The notes: generated by a model not told the origin, from the sequence alone. A stretch of DNA of 64,000 nucleotides from the human T2T-CHM13v2.0 reference genome, Homo sapiens (GCF_009914755.1 NC_060928.1); one strand, 5' to 3'. Numbered from the stretch's first letter, positions 39,191 through 52,021 are shown. Made by a program: numbers and translations.

Positions 39191-41623
39191 CCCACAACAT
39201 GATTCCAGTTTCTATGCTCATTTTAGAATCCTGCACCTGACCACCACGCAAAAATTCCTCTGGATAACTTCATCTGGGCCTTCCCTCCGGTGGAACTGGA
39301 AGATTGTTTTCCAAACTCCACTCCTTTTCCATTTGTGTTGTCCACTCACCGAGTGCCCCTTCTTCTTTCATTTTTAGACACCTCGGCTGCAGCTGACTCC
39401 AGAAACATATTCCCTCTTTAAGTCTCGGCTCCACAGGTTGCCTCTTCTCCTCATCATTTCTCGTTTCTCACCGTGAAAATCTTTGCTTTCTCTCTTTATG
39501 GCTTCCTGAGACCCGAAAATAGAGGTAATTTAAATTTGGTAATTATGATGACAACAAAACAACTTATGTTGAAATGCAGAGTTTAAAATGCCAGAGTTTC
39601 CTACTGTTGAGATCTCTCTGCCTTCATTCTGTGGATACCGCTGTGGGAGCTTACCTGAGTCTGCCCCAGATCAGGAGGCCAAGCATGAGGCGATGAGAAA
39701 CAGCTTCTGCACAGAGGTGGTGACTTCTACCTCTTGGGGGATGGGGGCTGGTCAGCCAGAGCTACCACATTCAGGTTCAGCCCCTTCAGACCTTCCTAAG
39801 CTCCAGGTGGAATCTTTGCCTTCCCACCTTCTGGACCCTGCACGGGGAGGGTCTCGGGCTGTAGCCACGAGGCGGCATTAGGCAGCTAGAATCACAGAGT
39901 GGGGACTGGGGGATGGGGTTTCTTCTCTGACAGTGGTTAGGTGAGTCACTCTCTGTGGGCTGCTCATGGCAGCCTCTTCCTCCATCCTTGAAGCGGGCCT
40001 TCCAAAGACTTCACCTGCTCCGTTATAAAAGGCTTTGAGTTCTGCAAGAGGCAGCTGTGAATGTATTAGCATCCTGCTTTCTGTATGAACATCCTGCTTT
40101 CTGGCACATGGCTAGGCCACCGCTTAAACAACCGGCGCCAATTCACAGTGAAAAAAGATCTGCTCAAAGCTGGTTTCAGAAGGAGGACACGGGAGGCGTA
40201 TAATATCGAGCCCGTCTCCCGACGGTGCCATCTGTTCTCATTAAGGCAGCCACAGCGCCGAAGGAAGGGCCTCCAGGTGCACACAAGGAAGCCTGCTCGC
40301 CTTGTTATCCTCTCAGAGACTTTGCCTTTTGTTTTGTTTAGTTTTGTTTTTGTCTGGCAGGCTCAAAAAGACACTGTTCTACTTTCCGCAGAAGAATCAC
40401 TCTCACATTTTAAGAAATTAAGTCTCTGGGAAAAAAAATATTGTTTGAGAGGGCTTGTAATGGCTCCTTGACCACATGCTGTGCCTGCCAATTTATAACA
40501 GAGAAATATTACAGAAGTTGGGATCCAAGGTTGGTGTGCACAGCCATTGCTTAAAGAGGGATGGATGCTTCCTGGGGACAATGATCTTCCCCCGGGCCCC
40601 CCAGCATTTATTCAATCTGGAGAGAATTGTCTGCCAGGCTCCCACTCCTACATCCCAGGAAGAGCTGGGCACATTCATCATCTTGTGTATTCAGAAAGTG
40701 ATGATAATTCCTCTGAGAGCCAACTGGGCTGGGGAGGGTGTGATCAAACTTCTGCTGGCAATCAGACTGCCTTTGGGGAGGGGAGTCTCCATTTTGCAGG
40801 TATGTCTCTACTGCCAGTCTGCAGGGAAGCCTACCCAGTCAACAATATGTTACCATGAAAATCTCCTTTTAGGGGTATCTTATATCACATTATAGGGAAA
40901 GGCAGAGGAAATATCAAAAGCATTTGGCCCTGAATTTAAAATGATCTTTCCGTAGATTTTTATAGACTTTGTTTTACAAGATTGGTGTAAGGCCTAAAGC
41001 ATGTCTTCAGGCCTCTTACATATCCTCCTTCTCTCTGGGGGTTTCCTTCCTGCCTGCCCTCAACATCCCTTACCACACACCTATTCTGTTTCTCCCCACA
41101 TGCATGGTTTGTATATTATGTCCTGTCAGTCAATTCCTACTAAAATGTTAGCTGATGTTAGGGTATTCTCGTGGGAAGATATTTGCATTTTAATAGGTGG
41201 CTTGAATATAGAAAAGCTTCATCCTAAAGTTGCAAAACTTTAGGGGAAAAACAGGCAATTTTGGATAGAGTGAGGGATGAGGGGATGAGAAGGGGGAATG
41301 TATGTGAGGTCAGAGACATTCTCACATCTCACTGTGCATCATCCATAGAACTTGCCTTTCTTTTCTCTCTTTTTTTTCTTTGTCCCTGACCTCAGAGTAA
41401 ATGGCACCTCACACACTCTTGTGGGCCAGAAAGAAAGTCTTTCATAGGCAGATAGGAAATAAGACAGCAGTTTTTCCAAGAGTACTGAAATGCAACAAGT
41501 CTACTGGTCTGTTGAGTTAAAAAATGGTCAGTTTGGTTGTTCTTGTTCATCTAGTTCAGCTGATTGGTTCGGTAGAAGCAATAGAGTACTGTACTACAGT
41601 ATAGTAAAACTGTTGCTTCACAG

Positions 41624-41952
41624 CAGCCATCCCTAAACTTTTTGGCACCAGGGACTGGTTTCATGGAAGACGTTTTTTTTTTCCACAGAAGGGGCGGGAG
41701 ATGGTTTTGGGATGAAACTGTTCCACCTCAGACAAGATCATCAGCTATTAGCATATTAGATTCTCATAAGGAGAACACAACCGAAATCCCTTGCATGAGC
41801 AATTCACAATAGGGCTTGCACCCCTATGAGAATCTAATGCAGCTGCTGATCCGACAGGAGGCGGAGCTCAGGTGGTAATGCTGCTCACTTCCTGCTGTGG
41901 GGCCCTGTTCCTAACTCATACCAGTTTGTGGACCAGGGGCTGGGGACCCCTG
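41624..41952 (+). mobile_element. MER1B (hAT-Charlie)
   Basis: TTTTTGGCACCAGGGACTGGTTTCATGGAAGAC...ATTAGATTCTCATAAGGAG...GGGGACCCCTG; 8-bp TSD CTTCACAG/ATTTACAG. Confidence 0.9.
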
Positions 41953-42273
41953 ATTTACAGCACTAAGTTACCAGTTTCCACGTCGGTGGGATTGGCGGAA
42001 ACTTTTCAAGCTCTGTGTGATGGAGTAACACAGGGTAGAAAGAGTACCCTTGTGAAAAGCCTGGCTGCATCTGCCCCTTTATAAAGGAGACAATTGAAGC
42101 TAATTTATTTTTAAAACACAAAATGAAATTTGGTTTGAAATTTGAGGAGGAGATACATTGATGTTGCCTCTGAGAAGGAGTCAAAGACCAATAAAAGGTG
42201 GTTCTTTCTGTTCCCAAACCCAGAAGCCAATAGGGGCCACAGAAGGAGCACAGTGCCACGGTGACCATGCTGC

Positions 42274-42441
42274 AGCATTGTCAGATTTAGCAAGAAGAAA
42301 TACAGGGTGCCCAGGGAAGTTTGAATTTCTGATGAACACTGAAGACTCTTTTAGTATGTATGATTTTTGGAACATATTTATAGAAAAAAATTATTTATCT
42401 GAATTCAAACTGAGTGTCCTATATTTTTGTCTGGCAATCTG
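42274..42441. mobile_element. MER53 palindromic MITE
   Basis: TTGTCAGATTTAGCAA...AATACAGGGTGCCCAG...TTTGAATTTC ... TCTGAATTCAAAC...GTGTCCTATATTTTTGTCTGGCAA (self-complementary arms). Confidence 0.8.
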
Positions 42442-42614
42442 GTACCATACTGCCCCTTTGTAATTCCTTGTATATGTTGTTAAAGAATAATTTTTCTGAA
42501 GGGTAAAATTATAACTCTTGTATGATTATAAAATGAACATGTGTCAAAGATTTTTTTAGTTCACTGATTAATGAGCGAATCAGTAAGATGTCACAACTGG
42601 TTAGAAGAATTCAG

Positions 42615-42615
42615 A

Positions 42616-42650
<35 letters not shown>

Positions 42651-42657
42651 CACACAC
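42615..42657. repeat. (CA)n microsatellite
   Basis: About 20 CA units with one CG interruption. Confidence 0.95.
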
Positions 42658-43006
42658 AATCAGGAAAGGCTGAACTGAATTTGTTAATAGTTGCAAAACT
42701 ACCCAAATTCCTAGGACAATAATCAACTGCATTCCACTGGGCAAAATTAATTTGCGTTTCTATGGACAAGAATCATTTGCATTACTCTCAGTTTTCTACA
42801 ACTTGCAGTAGTTGTAAAATAGGCCAAAGACAATGAACACTACAGAATAACCAGGAAGGGTGTGTTAGAACATCCATGAATCATCTTTGCCTATTTCAAA
42901 GCCTTTCACAATGGAAACATTTGACAGTGTTGTGCTCTCTCCTATCTCGGGCCTTTGCACCTGATGGTTCCTCCACTTTTTTAGTTGTCTTGAACTTACC
43001 CTTGAC

Positions 43007-43581
43007 TGTGGGAGATCAGGATATGCCACTCCAAAATATGCCTCTTTGGCATGAGGATTGTTGAGCTGACGGCAAATAAGGAGAAACACATGCAGGAAAG
43101 CACCCTGCTCTTTCCCTATTTGCCTCAAATCAGGACATACATTTATGAAGACAAAAGACATCCCACCTCCTCTTGCTCCCCAGGCAAACAGAGATTAACC
43201 ACTTAAGACAACTTTGGATCCTTACATGCCTGGAGAGAGCACCAGAGGAACCTACATTAACAAGCTTCACCAACTAGCCTTTATCTGCCAATTATTTGCC
43301 TTTCCAAAAGTTGCTGCCCCTAAGGACTCAAAGTTCTTTTCCTTTGTGTCACAAATCTAAAAACGTACTGTTCCTTGTTGAAGATACTATATAAATTGGT
43401 ATTCAAAGCCACCTCTTCGAAAGTTTCTTATTCTCTGGGTTTCTCCCATGTATGTATGAAATATACGTACATCAAACAAACATCTGTTTGTTTTTCTCTC
43501 GTTAACCTTTTTTTTTTTGTTTGTTACAGGGGACTGTTCTAAGAACTTATAAGAGTTAAGAAAAAAAATTATCTTCAAACA
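43007..43581 (+). mobile_element. ERV1 solo LTR, MER34A-like, inserted in L2
   Basis: TGTGGGAGATCAGGATATGCCACTCCAAAATATGCCTCTTTGGCATGAGGATTGTTGAGCTGA start; TATATAA box; L2 pieces on both sides. Confidence 0.85.
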
Positions 43582-43699
43582 TCATTACCTCTGGAAAGCT
43601 CTTCCTGACCCACAAACTAGGTTGGGTTCATGTGCTACAAGCTCTCACAGGACCATGTTTCCTTCATTAGGGCATTTATGTGAGTTTATAATTCATCCT

Positions 43700-44368
43700 C
43701 CTTACTGAGGTTTCTAAGTCCTTGCATGATCTGACCCCTGCACCCATCAGCTTCCCTTTCAATAACTGTGCTCTGGTCATACTTCTCTCCCTTCTGTTCC
43801 TCGACCATAACAAGTTCTTCCCTGCCTTAAGGACTTTGCACCTGTTGTTCCCTGTGCCCGGAATATTTTTTCTCTTGGCTCTTGCAAGGCATGTTTCTTT
43901 TCATCCGTCAGGTCTCAGTTTGAATGTCAGAAAAGCCTCTCCTGATTATCTTATCTAAAGATGCTCCCTTCTCCACCCTCACTTTCTATTCTAGTGATTC
44001 CTCAGCCTTAGCACAGATTAGAATCACCTGGCAGGCCTGATAAAACAAAGGTTGCTGGGGCCCATGGCCAGAGTTTTTGATTCAGCAGGTTTGGAAGCAG
44101 CATGAAGTTCTGTGTTTTACCAAGTTCTCAGTTGATGCTGATGCTGCCAGGATGGGCATCACTCTTGGAGAAACACTGCTCTGAGTGTTTTCTTTCAACA
44201 CCTGACATTATTTTCCCCCTTTGCTGATTTGCTTTCTGTCTCCCATAGAGCTGAAAGTTCCACACGAGCAGAGATAGTGATGCTCCTATTTTCTGATTCA
44301 TCTACGGTACTAAGAACAGTGCCTTATATAAAAGAAGTTTAATGATTATTTGATGAATGAATGAATGA
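43700..44368 (+). mobile_element. L2 3' region, split by MER5A
   Basis: CCTTGCATGATCTGACCCCTGC...AGGACTTTGCACCTGTTGTTCCCT...; ends AGAACAGTGCC...TGAATGAATGAATGAA. Confidence 0.8.
43992..44178 (-). mobile_element. MER5A
   Basis: TTAGAATCACCTGG...TTGCTGGGGCCC...AGAGTTTTTGATTCAGCAGGT...TGATGCTGATGCTGC...GAGAAACACTG. Confidence 0.8.
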
Positions 44369-45084
44369 ACCATTTTCTATTTTTTTGTTTTGTATTGTAA
44401 CAAAGGGTTTGCTTACCAAATTACTGTTGAACTGAGGTGCCAGAACCAAGTTATAGAGATTGGCTTTCATCACTAAGATATGTTTGTGGAAGAGTAGTTG
44501 TCTTAATTTAATAAACCACAACAATATTTGACCAGTAACTTGAATAAAGACAAGTGCCTACTGCGGCCTACACTTTCCATTAGCACGCCTTCCTGCTTAG
44601 GGTCAATGTCATTAACCAACAGTTGGTTAGATGACATCAGGGCTTTAGGTGCTATTGACAGGTCTCAAGAAGATATGAGTTTTGCCAAGACTGGTAGCTA
44701 TGATGAGCATTCAGAAGACATATATGGCAAGTGGGGTGAGGGAAGGGCTTGTGCTTTGGCTTTAAGCATGCCTCATGGATGAAGCAGCTTGGGTAAAGGA
44801 AGGGAGAGAGAGGAAGCAGGGAGAATCCTTCCTCCAAGCTAGGTTATAGGCAGTGCTCTCACATCCCTGGTCTTGGCAGGTCCTAACTCCAGGCCTCCTG
44901 ATGCCCATATTCTGTTCCAAAGACCACAGTCCAGGCTTTAGGGCATAGCCTCAGGCTCTCCTACCCACTAACCCTCTAGGTTCTGTTTGTTTCCCCCCTT
45001 CTACTCTCTTCTATGCCATTCCTCTAGGCTTTTACCTTGCCATGTGACAGGCTTATGTGGTAAACTAATGGGTCCTAATGACTG

Positions 45085-45085
<1 letters not shown>

Positions 45086-45122
<37 letters not shown>
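45086..45122. repeat. (CA)n microsatellite
   Basis: About 18 perfect CA units. Confidence 0.95.
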
Positions 45123-45124
<2 letters not shown>

Positions 45125-45134
45125 CTATATATAA

Positions 45135-45411
45135 GGCCACATGCGGTGGTTCACGCCTGTAATCCCAGCACTTTGTGAGGCCGAGGCGAGTGGATTGCTT
45201 GAGCTCAGGAGCTTGAGACCAGCCTGGGCAACATAGTGAATCCCTGTCTCTACAAAAAAGTTCAAAAATTAGCCAGGCATGGCGGCGCTCACATGTAGTC
45301 CCAGCTACTTGGGAGTCTGAGGCAGGAGGATTGCTTGAGTCCAGGAGGTCGAGGCTGTAGTGAGCCATGTTCATGGCCTGGGTGACAAAGTGAGACCCTG
45401 TCTCAAAAAAA
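45135..45411 (+). mobile_element. Alu (AluJ) with small deletion in the right monomer
   Basis: Dimeric Alu with J diagnostics (GGATTGCTTGAG, GAGGCTGTAGTGAGCCATG). Confidence 0.9.
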
Positions 45412-45464
45412 TATTTATATATCCATATGTATCTCCTTGGGGTGTGTGTGTGTAGTGAGACACA

Positions 45465-45680
45465 ATATGGCATAGTGCCTAAAAGCATATACTCTGAAGC
45501 CAATCCTATGTTTGAATCTTTTTTCTGCTAAATACTGTGTGTCCCTGAGAAAGTTGCTTACCCATTCTGTTCTTCATATTATGGGGTTAACAACAGCACT
45601 AAATCATAGGGTTGTTGTAGATATAAAAGCGATAATAATTGTAAAGGGTTTAGTTCCTGTGCCTTGTAGCTACCAGGATA
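45465..45680 (+). mobile_element. MIR
   Basis: TTTGAATC...CTGTGTGTCCCTGAGAAAGTTGCTTACC...TCATAGGGTTGTTGTAG. Confidence 0.6.
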
Positions 45681-46423
45681 ATAGGCCTAATAGATAGCAC
45701 CCTATGGAAACAGCTTTCCATTTTAACAAGGGACTTTGGTAAACACATGCGCTGAGTACAACACTCTTGGAAGATCAGATATTTGATGGCATTCAGATGA
45801 CAGCATGTGAGCAGATGCCTATTCTGTCTGGGTGTTAGGGGACAGAGCACTAGGTGACTTGGCTGCTGTCTCTGATCTTAAAAATTGCTCAGACCCTGGC
45901 AATTGAGGATAAGACAATAATAGCAATGTTGTATTCAGGAGCGTTGCTTTAAATAATCCTTCTCCCTAATAGCTTTGCCCCTGGCGTGTGACAGGTGTTT
46001 ACATTATTAAGTAAAAGCATTTAAACAGCGACCTCCTTGGTATAAGGGTGAAGGAGATTAAAATCCAAGCAGTGCTCCAGCTATTTAAATCAATGAGACT
46101 TGTCAGATCTGTAACACATGAGCTACTTAGAGGGCGCAGGCACCTATTGTTTTGGAGCTTCGACTAATATCTCAATATGCTCCCTCCCTCCAAGTCTAGC
46201 CAGGCCCTGGGATGCTCATTAAAGGCTGGTCTGACCACGGCCTCTTTCCCTGTGGAAGCAGCATTAACTAACTCTTGGCTAGATGCGTGGCAAATAGTTA
46301 TGCTATTAGGGAGGATCAGAGCTTGAGTTGATTCCTGCTTAGAGAAATGACCTTGCACGGAATTCCAGCGGTTAAGTTCCTTAGCTAACCAGAAGCAGGG
46401 ACCATAAACATTGCCCCCTTCTT

Positions 46424-46437
46424 CCGCTAGGGGGTGC
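46424..46437 (+). promoter_or_regulatory. CTCF core motif
   Basis: CCGCTAGGGGGTGC is one substitution from CCGCTAGGGGGCGC and lies in unique sequence. Confidence 0.6.
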
Positions 46438-47254
46438 TAAACCAGGCTGCTTGGCTTTGCCCACAGCCATCCTTTCTTGAGTTGTGTTTTCCCAGTCTTT
46501 AGCTATGACATTGACAACTTCAGGTCCACCTGCTGCATTGAGGAACCAAGTTTCTGAAACTTAAATCTCTCTCTTTTTTAAAGCTTCATGCTCTCATCAT
46601 GAACAAGAAACCTCTCTCTTCCTTAGTAATCAAACTTAGATCCTTCATTTGTGTCAACGGAAGGGAAGTCTCCACGTAAGAAGAGCAGCTGGACCTTAAA
46701 GATCCAACTCTTATTCCTCAAGATTTATTGTCCCCTTGGAGGTCTCTAGCTAATTTCTGCAGGTCCTACAAGGCTGGCTTCAGAGGGAGCTGATTCATTA
46801 TTAATTCTCCAGTTCTAAGCAGGCGAACAAGGTGGGGGACACTTGAACCTTTTAATTCCTTGGATTCACAGCTGAGCCAGGCTGGCCACAAAAGGAACTG
46901 CACACAGGCAGGGTTACAAGGCAAAGTTTACTTTTCTTCAATTTATGGCCTCATATGTCTGCCTGTCTGACTCATGGAATGTTGCCAGGTGGAGGGTTCC
47001 TGATGCCAAGAGACCGCTTAAGCCTCATCTGTGGAAGTGCTGGTTCAGCAGAGGGTGAAGCACTTTCTTCCTGGGTGGTCTCAAGTTCTCTTTTCCTGGT
47101 GATTGACTTTGGGAAGTTCTTCCTGTCACAGGAAAGCCCTACTTCTATCCATAGCAGCAGGTGAGGCCACAGCCTTTAGTCTCTACATGACTTCTTTGTC
47201 AAAATGCAACATCAAAGGGTTCACAAGGAAAAGAGACCCATGCAAATAATCCCT

Positions 47255-47408
47255 GGCTGCTCACAGTGTCAGGACCAGCAGCACAAGTATCCCCTGGGAG
47301 CCTATTAGAAATGCAGAATCTCAGGCCCCCAGCCCTTTTGAAACAGAATTTGCATTTTAACAAGCTGCCTAGATAGTTTGTGTGCATGCTGCAGCTTGGG
47401 AAATAGTG
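47255..47408 (+). mobile_element. MER5A-like
   Basis: GGACCAGCAGCA...CTGGGAGCCTATTAGAAATGCAGAATCTCAGGCCCC...TGCATTTTAACAAG. Confidence 0.78.
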
Positions 47409-48165
47409 ACAGAGCAGAGAGACAGCCTTTTGTCTACACTGTCTCTTTCCACCACAAGAAACAACTGCATTAAAGCTTGGTTCAAGGAAAAGTCCTGTGA
47501 TGTCCCTGTCCTTTGGAGCTGAGGAATTAACATGGGCTCTGTGGGGTTTTTCTGGAGGATGGCAGAATTGTTGGGGATGCTTGAACTTCTGAAAATGTTT
47601 GAAGGGAGAAGGAATGTAACGAACCTTCTGCTCAGAGCAAAGCAATGAGACCGCATCATGGGTTAGAGACCACTGCACAAGTTGCTTTGCTTATTTCTAT
47701 AATTGTGGTCAGTACCTCTGCCATCTGCCATCTTCCTACAGCAGTGTGTAGGCCTCTAGGAGGCTTTAGCAAGATCAGCACCCAGGTGGAGGCCTCTTAG
47801 AAGAAAAAACCCTGTCAAAGTGCAGGGGACTCCCAGACAATGCAACATTCATTTAGGCCAATCAATTCTGTCAAAAATTCATTCGATGAAAATAGTACCA
47901 AGTGGGTACTCAACTGCTTAGCCAATTTAGTCTCCACAGCAACTCTGAGGCTACAGGTAAATACAGTCTCAGGCACGGAAGGAAATCTGGTATTTATTCA
48001 GAGAGGCAGTAGACATCCCTCTGTCCCTGACTTGCTAGCTATGTGACCCAAGGCAAGTTACTTACCTTCCCCAACCAGTAGCTTCTCCATTTTAAAATGG
48101 GTTATCAGAAGGTATTGATCTTCTGGGTGTGTTGTAAATGCTAAGCTTACTATTCATTCTAGGCC

Positions 48166-48460
48166 AGCCAGGCATGGTGGCTCATGCCTGTAATCCCAGC
48201 ACTTTGGGAGGCCCAAGCGAGGGGATTGCTTGAGCCCAGGAGTTTGAGACCAGCCTAGGAAACATAGTGAGACCCAGTCCCAGCAAAAAATAAAAAAAAA
48301 TTAGCTGAGTGTGGTGGTGCATGCTTGTAGTCACAGCTACTTAGGAGGATGAAATAGGAGAATCACTTGAGCCCAAGAGCTCAAGGCTGCAGTAAGCCAT
48401 GATTGTGCTATTTCACTCCAGCCTGAGTGACAGAGCAAGACTCTGTTTAAAAAAAAAAAA
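48166..48460 (+). mobile_element. Alu (AluJ), full length
   Basis: Dimeric Alu with J diagnostics and A tail. Confidence 0.92.
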
Positions 48461-50011
48461 GCACCCTGTAATGCTATTACTCACACGTAAAGTCTTCTCT
48501 ATAGGAGGTAAGAATGATATTTCAGGAGTGTAAAGAATCTTGATGTCACCTTATGGAAAGGGGATGAAAAAGAAGATGAAAAAGGCTTGTTTTCATTTTG
48601 CCAGAGTCATGGATTCCAGTTCCAGGTCTGTTTTGCATCACCATAGTCCCAAACAAGTGTAACATCCAGAGCCCAGGAGGAATTCTGGATGAAATATCAG
48701 CCAGGAGCAGGAGTGTGACAGCTGTAGGTCACTTGGGCCATAAAGTTAGTTAATGGGGAAGACAGATGAATGAGTGTATTGTGGCAACATATCAGAAGGT
48801 CTGAGGCATAAATAGTGTTGGAAAATAATAAGACAGTTGGTTCTTGAGGATCAACATTGCAGGGAAGGAGAAATGCACAACAAAAGACCATGTTGTGTTT
48901 TTGGATGGTGGCCGGGGATGCACATTCACTGCCCCTCCCCTCTTCAACCCCACTCTCCACATCCCGTGACCTGGTGGGATGCCAGTGGTCATGAGATCCC
49001 ATCACATACATGAGTTTCAAGAGTCACTAACAAGCTTGTAAAGAACAGGTACTTTCTAAGGAATATTCACTCTTGCAGCTGTATTCCTAGGGCTTAAATA
49101 GCACACTGTTTTCCACTGACAAATGATTTCGGGTAGGGTGATCTCATGAACTTGTACTAATGGCAGACACATTTGAATTTCTTTTTTATTCTGAAAGTTA
49201 ACTGCTGAAAGCAAATGTGAAAAAAAAATTATCTCCCTCTGTTTTATCTCTGGGAGAAGATAAAAATACGAGGTGTTTTAATTTGGCAGTGATCTGGGCG
49301 CCTTCCGCTGGCCTGTTTTTCTTTTGCGAAGAGCTCCCACTTTCAGGACTGCCGTTTCTTTGATCTTATATTCTGTCTGTGTTCAGGTACCCCTTTGTGC
49401 CTACCTGAATCGTGTGTAACAAATCATCTTAATTACTTCAGGCCTGGCTTCCTCCTCCAGTTCTCATTTTCTGAAATTCCTGCGATGGTTACCAAATAAA
49501 TCAGTGTGGGGCTCCAGCCCTTGGAAACAGCACGGAGGCACCAGCAGCAGCCAGAGGAATTTCAAAGTTAGTTAAAAGGCACAGGAGGAGTGAGGGAATT
49601 GATTGAGAACCTCCCTACCCACCATGATTTTCAGCCTGGAGAGTTAGTGCTGCCTGTACTCCAATTCCATGTGCTTTGCGGGGCTCAGCCCTCACACTTT
49701 TCCCCGTAGAAGAGAGAATAATTAATGCCGTGACCCCTTGGCGTGGTAGCTAGAGCCCTGCTGTCATCAGCAGTGCCCCAAACGCAGTAGGAACACGTAC
49801 CGTATTTCAAAGCCCAGGCAGGCAGAGAAGGGGGAAGGAACTGGTGGCGCGCTGTGACCTGCGGGAGCTCCCCAGCGCAGCCAGCAGGAGGCCCAAGCTA
49901 GGCGGAGAGAGGGTCGTGGGGAAGCGGGCCGCTCCCGGGACTCGTCACTGGGTTGGAGCTGGCCCGCTTGAGTGGCTCCAGTTCCAGGAAGGCCGGGTGG
50001 CGTGGGGCTGT

Positions 50012-50322
<311 letters not shown>

Positions 50323-50452
50323 GGGGCTGTGTTTTAAGTGGCCGTTTGTAAGAAGAACCTCTGGCGGAGAGGTGCTGAGGCAGGCTGGGCTGTGATCCTG
50401 CACGCCAGGCGGCCTAAGGGGAGGTAATTGGGAACCGCGAGCTGACACTGCG

Positions 50453-50723
50453 GAAAAACCAAACACCGCATATTCTCACTCATAGGTGGGAATTGAACAA
50501 TGAGAACACATGGACACAGGAAGGGGAACATCACACTCTGGGGACTGTTGTGGGGTGGGGGGAGGGGGGAGGGATAGATTTAGGAGATATACCTAATGTT
50601 AAATGACGAGTTAATGGGTGCAGCACACCAGCTAGCACATGTATACACATGTAACTAACATGCACATTGTGCACATGTACCCTAAAACTTAAAGTATAAT
50701 AATAATAATAATAATAAAAGAAA
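50453..50723 (+). mobile_element. L1PA3/4-like 3' end, 5'-truncated (~270 bp), (AAT)n tail
   Basis: AAAACCAAACACCGCATATTCTCACTCATAGGTGGGAATTGA...ATGACGAGTTAATGGGTGCAGCACACCAG...CCCTAAAACTTAAAGTATAAT. It has GAG rather than the ACA of L1Ta. Confidence 0.95.
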
Positions 50724-51868
50724 TTGGTATTTACTAAGAAAAAAAGTGAGAGTTCTGTGTAGGCCTTTGAAAAACACAAATCTCTTACTTGGGGAGACAT
50801 TCCAGTTTAAGTATTATATTTGACAAAGTCCTAAATTATGTTTAAACTATGGTTATGAATTTTACTAGGAAAGGAAGAATTTTTATAGCAAACAAATTAC
50901 AGGAATTTCAAAGACCAAAAAGAAAAAAAAGAAAAAAAAGAAAATGTAAGCCGCGAAGCCGCATCAACGCCTTCCTGACAGCGGTGTCTGTTAGTCCACG
51001 GCGTCCCCTCCTAAGGGGAGCTGCGAAAGACCCATTCCGGAGGCATTTCACGGGGCCCCGTAACACCCGGGCGAGTGAGCTACTGAGAACTGCATGGCTC
51101 CTTCTGGGGCCAGGCGGTCCTAGGAGAGCCGGCTGGGAGGCGGATTGCTTGGACGTCCCCCGCCCGCCCCCGCAACTCTGCGTGCGGCGACGTTGGGAGG
51201 TCCCATTAGAAGCTCCTTGGGCGGGATCTGTCCACCATGCCGCGGCGCGGAGTGGGAGAGGTTTCGGTCTCTGCCAAGGGAAGTTGCTGTTGAGTGCATC
51301 GCCGTGAACACGACGCAGCACATCCTACAGCCCCTGTGGATATGTGGATGCTGTGGGGGCCTGTTGGGTCCGATAGAAGTTTCAAAATCAAAATTTTTCA
51401 CCATCCTCGTTGGGTGATGGTTTGTAGAATATTTTTGAGGGAGTCTTGTTTGAGGCGGACAGACTCACTCATCTGGTACACTCTTTTTCGAGAACATGGT
51501 GATAAAATAGGTTGGCTCTAACGAGAAGGTGTCATTCCGCCACTCCCTTTCCCAAGAGGGCTTCGAGGGACACTCAAGTGACCAGGATGTGGCTTATCCT
51601 GTGATAGCCATCTGAGAACGTTGTTCTCTGTTCTTTACTTGCTTCTAGTCAGAAAACATGGCCTGTGTTAGGCACCCTAGGGGATAAAGTGAATTAGACC
51701 TGGACCTGACTCCAGTTTTTTCTTTTAAAACTCACTCGTTTTTTCTTCAAAAAATAACTCCCCCGGTGTTTCTAATGTACAGCTGTTTTTTGTTGGGAAT
51801 TACTACATTAAATTATCTCTAAGACTCTTCTCATTTCAGATATTTTTTGGTTTCCTAATTGTCTAAAA

Positions 51869-52021
51869 TTTTTAATTATTTTTATTTTTATTTTTTATTT
51901 TTTTGCAGACGTGAGGCCTCCCTATGTCGCCCAGGCTAGTCTCGAACTCCTGGGCTTAAGCGATCCTGCCACTTCAGCTTCCCAAAGTGTTGGGATTACA
52001 GGCCCGAGTCACTGTGCCAGC
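51869..52021 (-). mobile_element. FLAM_C-type Alu monomer
   Basis: (TTTTTA)n tail, then CTATGTCGCCCAGGCTAGTCTCGAACTCCTGGGCTTAAGCGATCC...GGGATTACAGGC. Confidence 0.85.

Noticed and set aside
42510-42860. Sequence around the (CA)n that looks like an interspersed repeat
   Set aside because: I could not assign a family or termini with confidence; a Dfam search would decide.
50413-51020. 11-bp direct repeat CCTAAGGGGAG (50413-50423, 51010-51020) as the TSD of the L1 insert
   Set aside because: The copies are ~30 and ~65 bp away from the junctions, whereas a TSD must abut them. Treated as coincidence or a repeated factor site.
50849-51307. 152-aa ATG-initiated ORF with an NLS-like KRKKRKKRK stretch
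   Set aside because: The basic run is the translated A-rich tail and the rest is stop-poor CpG-island sequence. It shows no recognisable domain or supporting exon structure.
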